A stretch of 63,700 nucleotides of DNA, filler included, from an uncultured Methanosarcinales archaeon (GTDB lineage: Archaea; Nanobdellota; Nanobdellia; Woesearchaeales; UBA12501), in NCBI GenBank assembly GCA_964397315.1. It is 4 parts of 4 records of this genome, joined end to end, with 100 filler letters (N's around TTAATTAATTAA, not from the genome) between each part and the next. Parts side by side here need not be neighbours in the genome. Positions count along the whole stretch, not along the records: positions 57,085 to 63,700 come from CAYNHV010000048.1; 3 more parts are not named here. The stretch is one strand, 5' to 3'. The notes beneath the pieces are model-generated. The model had not been told where the DNA came from and did not search any database. It worked only from the letters and a program-made list of their open reading frames with translations. Positions 59,271 to 63,700 of the stretch are shown one piece after another. A program made the translations under genes and the position numbers. Numbering within the stretch: position 1 is the first letter of the stretch; each line of letters begins with the position of its first letter.

Positions 59271-60074
59271 ATGGAAATTTCACATATGAAGTGTATAAAT
59301 AAGAATATTGTTTTTAGTGTTTGGTATCTTAAAAATCATTTTAAAAGAAAAAAACCTTTTGTAGGGATTATGTGCCATGGCCTACCTAGTCATCCCTATC
59401 AGCATAATCCTGCTAAAATTGAAAAATTAATTTTAGATGGTTGGATCCTTGTTTATCCTAACTACCAAGGTACATGGGCGAGTAAAGGTGATGTGTCTTG
59501 GGAGGGCTGTGTTGAGACAATAATTGATGTAGCGGAATTTATAAGTAAAGGCAATCTAAAAAGCATCAAAAATCAAAAACTTTCTTTTAGAAATCCTAGG
59601 TTGGTGTTGATAGGTGGGAGTTTCGGTGGTTCTGTTGCGCTTGTTGCAGGTGCAAAATCATCTTTGGTCAAAAATATTGTTTGTGTTGCCGGCGTAACAA
59701 ATTGGAGAAATCATCAACAAATACCAGAAGAATATGCAGAGCCTTTTGATGAATTATATAAAACTGTCTTGGAGGGGTTTGGTCCTTTATGGAGAATACC
59801 TTCTAAAAAAGAATGGTTAAGGTTAGAGAAAGGGCTTGTAGATCTAAATCCTATAGATTATCATAAAAAACTTAGTAAGAAGAGTATATTTTTGGTCTAT
59901 GGGAAAAAAGATAATATAGTTTCTTCAAAAAGAGGCATTGAATTATACAAAGAGTTAAAGAAGGGTTCTGGAAATCATGAATTAATATTATTAGACAGGG
60001 GGCATTGTGATTATAATGTTTTCTCAGAAGATAGCCTGTATAAAAAATTGTCTTTATGGTTGAAGAAAGGTTAG
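59271..60074 (+). CDS. alpha/beta hydrolase, AT-rich
   Basis: CHGLP, YQGTWAS, GGSFGG nucleophile elbow, D and GH triad candidates. Confidence 0.85.
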   Translation: MEISHMKCINKNIVFSVWYLKNHFKRKKPFVGIMCHGLPSHPYQHNPAKIEKLILDGWILVYPNYQGTWASKGDVSWEGCVETIIDVAEFISKGNLKSIKNQKLSFRNPRLVLIGGSFGGSVALVAGAKSSLVKNIVCVAGVTNWRNHQQIPEEYAEPFDELYKTVLEGFGPLWRIPSKKEWLRLEKGLVDLNPIDYHKKLSKKSIFLVYGKKDNIVSSKRGIELYKELKKGSGNHELILLDRGHCDYNVFSEDSLYKKLSLWLKKG

Positions 60075-60645
60075 ATCTGTTTCCTTCTCGACCAATACCC
60101 TTCTCTATCAGCTGATTCTCCACATGCGACGCATTCTCCATCTATTATCTTATGGAGATTCCAACCTAAGAATTTTCCTTGAGAAACTAATCCATTTCTT
60201 CTTTCTTTAGTTTTGGGGTCTGTTTCTCCATACATATCTTCTATGCAACTATCTTGACCGCACCAATTAAATAATCCTACAAAACCAGAAGAAACTGCTT
60301 CACTAAGAGTGTCGGAATCTGAAGAAAAAACAAGCGCCCTCTCTTTGGTTGTTTCTTTTTTTCTTTCTAAATATTCTTCAAATCTTTTTTCACAATCATC
60401 CAAATAGGATAATAGATTTTCCGCAGAAACTTTCATGGGCATATATCCTTGCCCCTCCCACCTATGCCATATTGGTAAATTTTTCTTTTTCAGTTCTCTT
60501 TCACCAATCTCAATTCTAATAGGGTGCCCTTTTAATTCCCAATCTTGTCTGCATTCACCTAATTTTTTATCGACATCAACTTTTACCAGGTATCCTTGTT
60601 CTGATAAAGTTGAGTTTAGAGTACCAACATACCTTGAAACATCTT
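60071..60645 (-). pseudogene. proS: 5'-truncated prolyl-tRNA synthetase fragment (anticodon-binding + C-terminal Zn domain)
   Basis: Frame upstream of 60442 reads DWELKGHPIRIEIGEREL; downstream WCG..C..GECVACG; no start codon or catalytic domain. Confidence 0.7.
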
Positions 60646-61002
60646 GAGAATCTCCAGCCCCAGAACATTCAGGAGGTAAGGCTCTTCATAAGCAAAATAC
60701 TAAAAGAAGAAGACCTGAAAAGCGTGGGAGTGAGCGCAAGAGCAGACAACCAGGCAATAATGGACAAGTACCAGAAAACCAAAGAAGCGCTCAAGATAGA
60801 CAAGCAGGTGGAGGAATACGACAAGGACGGGCAGAAATACACCAGGATAAGAACAAAAATAAACCCCAGGAAAAACATGAGCGGCCTCGCACTCTACGAG
60901 AGCATACCAAAATGCCTCGCCAAAAGAATAGACGACATCAAGATAGACCCAAAAGTCAGGGACAAGATAAAAATCGTAAACCCAGACCCTCTGGTGATGT
61001 GA
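60640..61002 (+). pseudogene. internal fragment of a probable surface-protein gene
   Basis: Coding-like codon usage; no promoter or clear start; YESIPK..IVNPDPLVM then stop. Confidence 0.45.
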
Positions 61003-61019
61003 TATTTAAGTTAGTAAGT

Positions 61020-61364
61020 CCTGGTCCCACCCTTAAATAGGCTTGCTTATAATTATAATTCCAGGTACTTCCCACCCTTACTGCAGAACCACCTAGCAGG
61101 TTTTTTCCTTCCAAAACCGCACAACTCCCCCTCTTCTTTAGCCAATAAGCCCACCCAATGATATGCTTAAAGCGCTCTGAATGATTTGCTGCTCTAAAGC
61201 TGTTGAAGGGGGAGGAGGGTGGGATTTATCCCTCTGTAATTGCGTCTGGGGTGGTGGTTATGCCTGGATTATTCTGGCTCTTGACTCAGAACAAAACATT
61301 GGTTTATTATCACTTTTAAATGACGACAACCGAAAGCTTTAAATAGGAGTAATACCTAACAGGT
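61020..61364 (-). repeat. copy C of the dispersed divergent-promoter/leader/mini-array element (2 units)
   Basis: CCCACCC cores at 61026 and 61071 (45 nt apart); forward TTTAAATA at 61338. Confidence 0.85.
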
Positions 61365-61382
61365 CTTGCAAGGTGGTTTATA

Positions 61383-62459
61383 ATGTTTGGAAAGCTTGAG
61401 AGCATTGTCAGCAGCGCTTTGGGACTTTCTTCTAGCCCAAGGTCTTTCTCAAGAAGGGGCTTTCTCTACGCAACAGGCATCTCTGCACTTGCAGCAGCCT
61501 GCGGAGGCAGCTCAGGAGGCTCCTCTTCAGACGACAATAACACACCTTCTGATACTACTGCTCCTGGTCAGATTAATGATTTGGAGGTTTACGCTTCTTC
61601 ACAGGCTGGGGAGACAGCAGGGATTGAGTTCACTGTTCCCGGTGATGACGGCTTTTCTGGAAAGCCGGAATACCTCAGGATAAGGGCTTCTGCCTCGCCT
61701 ATTGAAACAGAGCAGGACTGGTATGATGCCAAGACCGTTGCTGTCCTGTTCAATGACGCGGACTTCCAGGCGTCAGCAGGCACTTACTTCAGCAGGGAAT
61801 TTGACCTCTCACAGGTGCAGGAGCTTGTAGACAACAACCTCAACCACGGAGAGCTTTACTTCGCGGTTAGAGCAGGAGACGAAGCAGGAAACGAAGGAGA
61901 ACTCTCAAACCCAGCAGCAACAGGCTCAGACCACACATACATCAAAAGCAAAGCAGAATTTTATGTTGATAAATGGCTTGCTCCAGGAGGATTTGACCTT
62001 AACTATGACGAGTCATTTTTAGTTCATAGAGGAGATTCCACAAACGGAATTGATTCTAATGTGGATGCATTGGCTCAAATACTAGTGAATGCAGATGATA
62101 ATAATGACTGCCCAATCTCAGCAGATGACCCTGATTGTTGCGCTTGTCTAACATGGCAGGAGATAAGGGATATACTCCTTAGCTATACTGATGGGCAGCC
62201 TGTCGTAGCCGGAAATGCAGAATTAATAGATGCATCAGATGCCACAAAATTAAACAGTTTCATGAAGTATGCATGTCAAATAGAAGTATATGACCCTGAT
62301 ACCGGAGGAACAACAATAAAAACACAGGCATTCAACAATCTAACACAAAATGAGTGGGATGATATATATAATATGCACAGAAACGCCCTTATACAGATAG
62401 TCTCTGCCTTCCCAGAGAATTACGGCAATCTTGACCCTTCCTATGACCCTGATTGGTAG
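61383..62459 (+). CDS. twin-arginine-signal lipoprotein with FN3-like domain
   Basis: SRRGFL...ALAAAC lipobox; DTTAPGQI.DL, PGDDG, YFAVRAGDEAGN...SN. Confidence 0.75.
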   Translation: MFGKLESIVSSALGLSSSPRSFSRRGFLYATGISALAAACGGSSGGSSSDDNNTPSDTTAPGQINDLEVYASSQAGETAGIEFTVPGDDGFSGKPEYLRIRASASPIETEQDWYDAKTVAVLFNDADFQASAGTYFSREFDLSQVQELVDNNLNHGELYFAVRAGDEAGNEGELSNPAATGSDHTYIKSKAEFYVDKWLAPGGFDLNYDESFLVHRGDSTNGIDSNVDALAQILVNADDNNDCPISADDPDCCACLTWQEIRDILLSYTDGQPVVAGNAELIDASDATKLNSFMKYACQIEVYDPDTGGTTIKTQAFNNLTQNEWDDIYNMHRNALIQIVSAFPENYGNLDPSYDPDW

Positions 62460-62496
62460 AAATATTTATAAAACATATTCTTATAAATAGCCTATT

Positions 62497-63700
62497 ATGG
62501 CAAAAAAGAGGGCTTTAGTATTAGTTCTAATGGTAATCTTACTCACAAGTGTGAGTTTTGATGTTGCTAATGCTGAATGTGGAAATGGTATGTGTGAGGC
62601 AGATGAAAGCCAATATAGCTGCCCAGACGATTGCCTCTCAGACCAATATTGTGGAGACGGTACTTGTGATTCAGGCAACAACGAAGATTGCTCTATGTGC
62701 CCCGAAGACTGCGGAGCCTGCGATGGAGAGCCTTGCGATTCTCATTCAGAGTGCAACAGCGAAAACTGCCAGTATGACTGCACAGAGGAGCAATACATAT
62801 GCATGCCAGAAGGGGAAACCACTCCCGAATGCTGTACTAATGATGATTGCGATTATCCTTTGAAGAAGTGCATTTCCGGCTCCTGCCAGCTTTACTGCGG
62901 CAATGGCCAGTGTGATGAGGGTGAGACTTGTGAGGCTGACTCGTGCTGTTCCGGCTCTTCGGTTGATTTGGATTCTGATCCTGATAATTGCGGCTCCTGC
63001 GGGAACTCCTGCTCTGATGATGAGGTCTGCGAGTCAGGAGAATGTGTTACTGCTGCAGAGTGCGACACTGCAGACGACTGCCCTGATGATGACAACCCAT
63101 GCACTAATCCTGCCTGCGTGGATGGCAGCTGCACTTTCACTTATAACTCTAATTCCTGCGATGATGGTGACGCTTGCACTGTAGATGACCAGTGCTCTAA
63201 TGGGGTTTGCATTGGCTCAACAATTAACTGCGATGATGACAATCCGTGCACTATTGACTCCTGCGATTCCTCAACAGGCTGCGTTTACGAGAACGAGCCT
63301 TCAACAACACAATGCGGAACAAAAGACTGCGATAATCTTGACACCGCGTGCAGGGATTATGCTGACGTGACAAGGTACTGCGATGGCAGCGGAAGCTGCG
63401 GTAGCCCGGAGTGTGATGATTACACCAATGCTGAAGAGGGAACGCCCTGCGGTGACAGCAAGGAATGTGACGGCAGCGGGAATTGCGTTGCAGAGTCAGG
63501 CTGCGTTGATGAGTGTGGTGAGGGAAGCTCAAGATGTCATGATGAGGAGAGCAGGCAGCTTTGCGAGCTTTCTGGAGACTGTTATGAGTGGGCGAGTGTT
63601 GTGAGCTGCGGTGATAATGAGGCCTGCTCTAGCGGCAGTTGCGTTTGCGCTTCCGGCTTTACTAAATGCGATAATGCTTGCGTTGACTTAAGCAGTGATG
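62497..63700 (+). CDS. secreted Cys-rich repeat surface protein, runs off the window (absent from ORF track)
   Basis: Signal peptide MAKKRALVLVLMVILL; CGDG.C..E.C..CP.DC, CDDDNPCTIDSC and Stig1-like DLDSDPDNCGSCGNSC motifs. Confidence 0.85.
   Translation, partial: MAKKRALVLVLMVILLTSVSFDVANAECGNGMCEADESQYSCPDDCLSDQYCGDGTCDSGNNEDCSMCPEDCGACDGEPCDSHSECNSENCQYDCTEEQYICMPEGETTPECCTNDDCDYPLKKCISGSCQLYCGNGQCDEGETCEADSCCSGSSVDLDSDPDNCGSCGNSCSDDEVCESGECVTAAECDTADDCPDDDNPCTNPACVDGSCTFTYNSNSCDDGDACTVDDQCSNGVCIGSTINCDDDNPCTIDSCDSSTGCVYENEPSTTQCGTKDCDNLDTACRDYADVTRYCDGSGSCGSPECDDYTNAEEGTPCGDSKECDGSGNCVAESGCVDECGEGSSRCHDEESRQLCELSGDCYEWASVVSCGDNEACSSGSCVCASGFTKCDNACVDLSSD

Overview
Archaeal DNA, probably a DPANN lineage such as Woesearchaeota (inference from gatE, aIF5A, rpl40e, NAC, Sec61beta, archaeal RNase P RNA, BHB-intron tRNAs and TATA promoters). 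The window is four unrelated contigs (1-19335, 19436-38613, 38714-56984, ~57085-63700) joined by artificial N/TTAATTAATTAA/N linkers, so adjacency across the linkers is meaningless. Most of it is housekeeping (minD, gyrA, scpB, topA, adk, truD, trmJ, pcm, gatE, mdh, an argJBDC operon) plus large surface proteins and low-GC accessory genes. Four things stand out. (1) A 1023-aa protein carries a complete bacterial RpoD-like sigma-70 core fused to an N-terminal HTH and six 49-aa tandem repeats; it has an archaeal TATA promoter and sits next to gatE. (2) A dispersed non-coding element (4 copies on 2 contigs) consists of divergent TATA promoters, a conserved leader and a ~45-nt-period G-rich repeat/variable-spacer mini-array, with no cas genes in the window. 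One copy points into a G-U-rich rod-like small-RNA candidate. (3) All three tRNA genes carry both a canonical and a T-loop (59/60) BHB intron. (4) Branched tri-loop hairpin clusters behave like mobile inserts. All calls are from reading the sequence by eye; no database searches were run.
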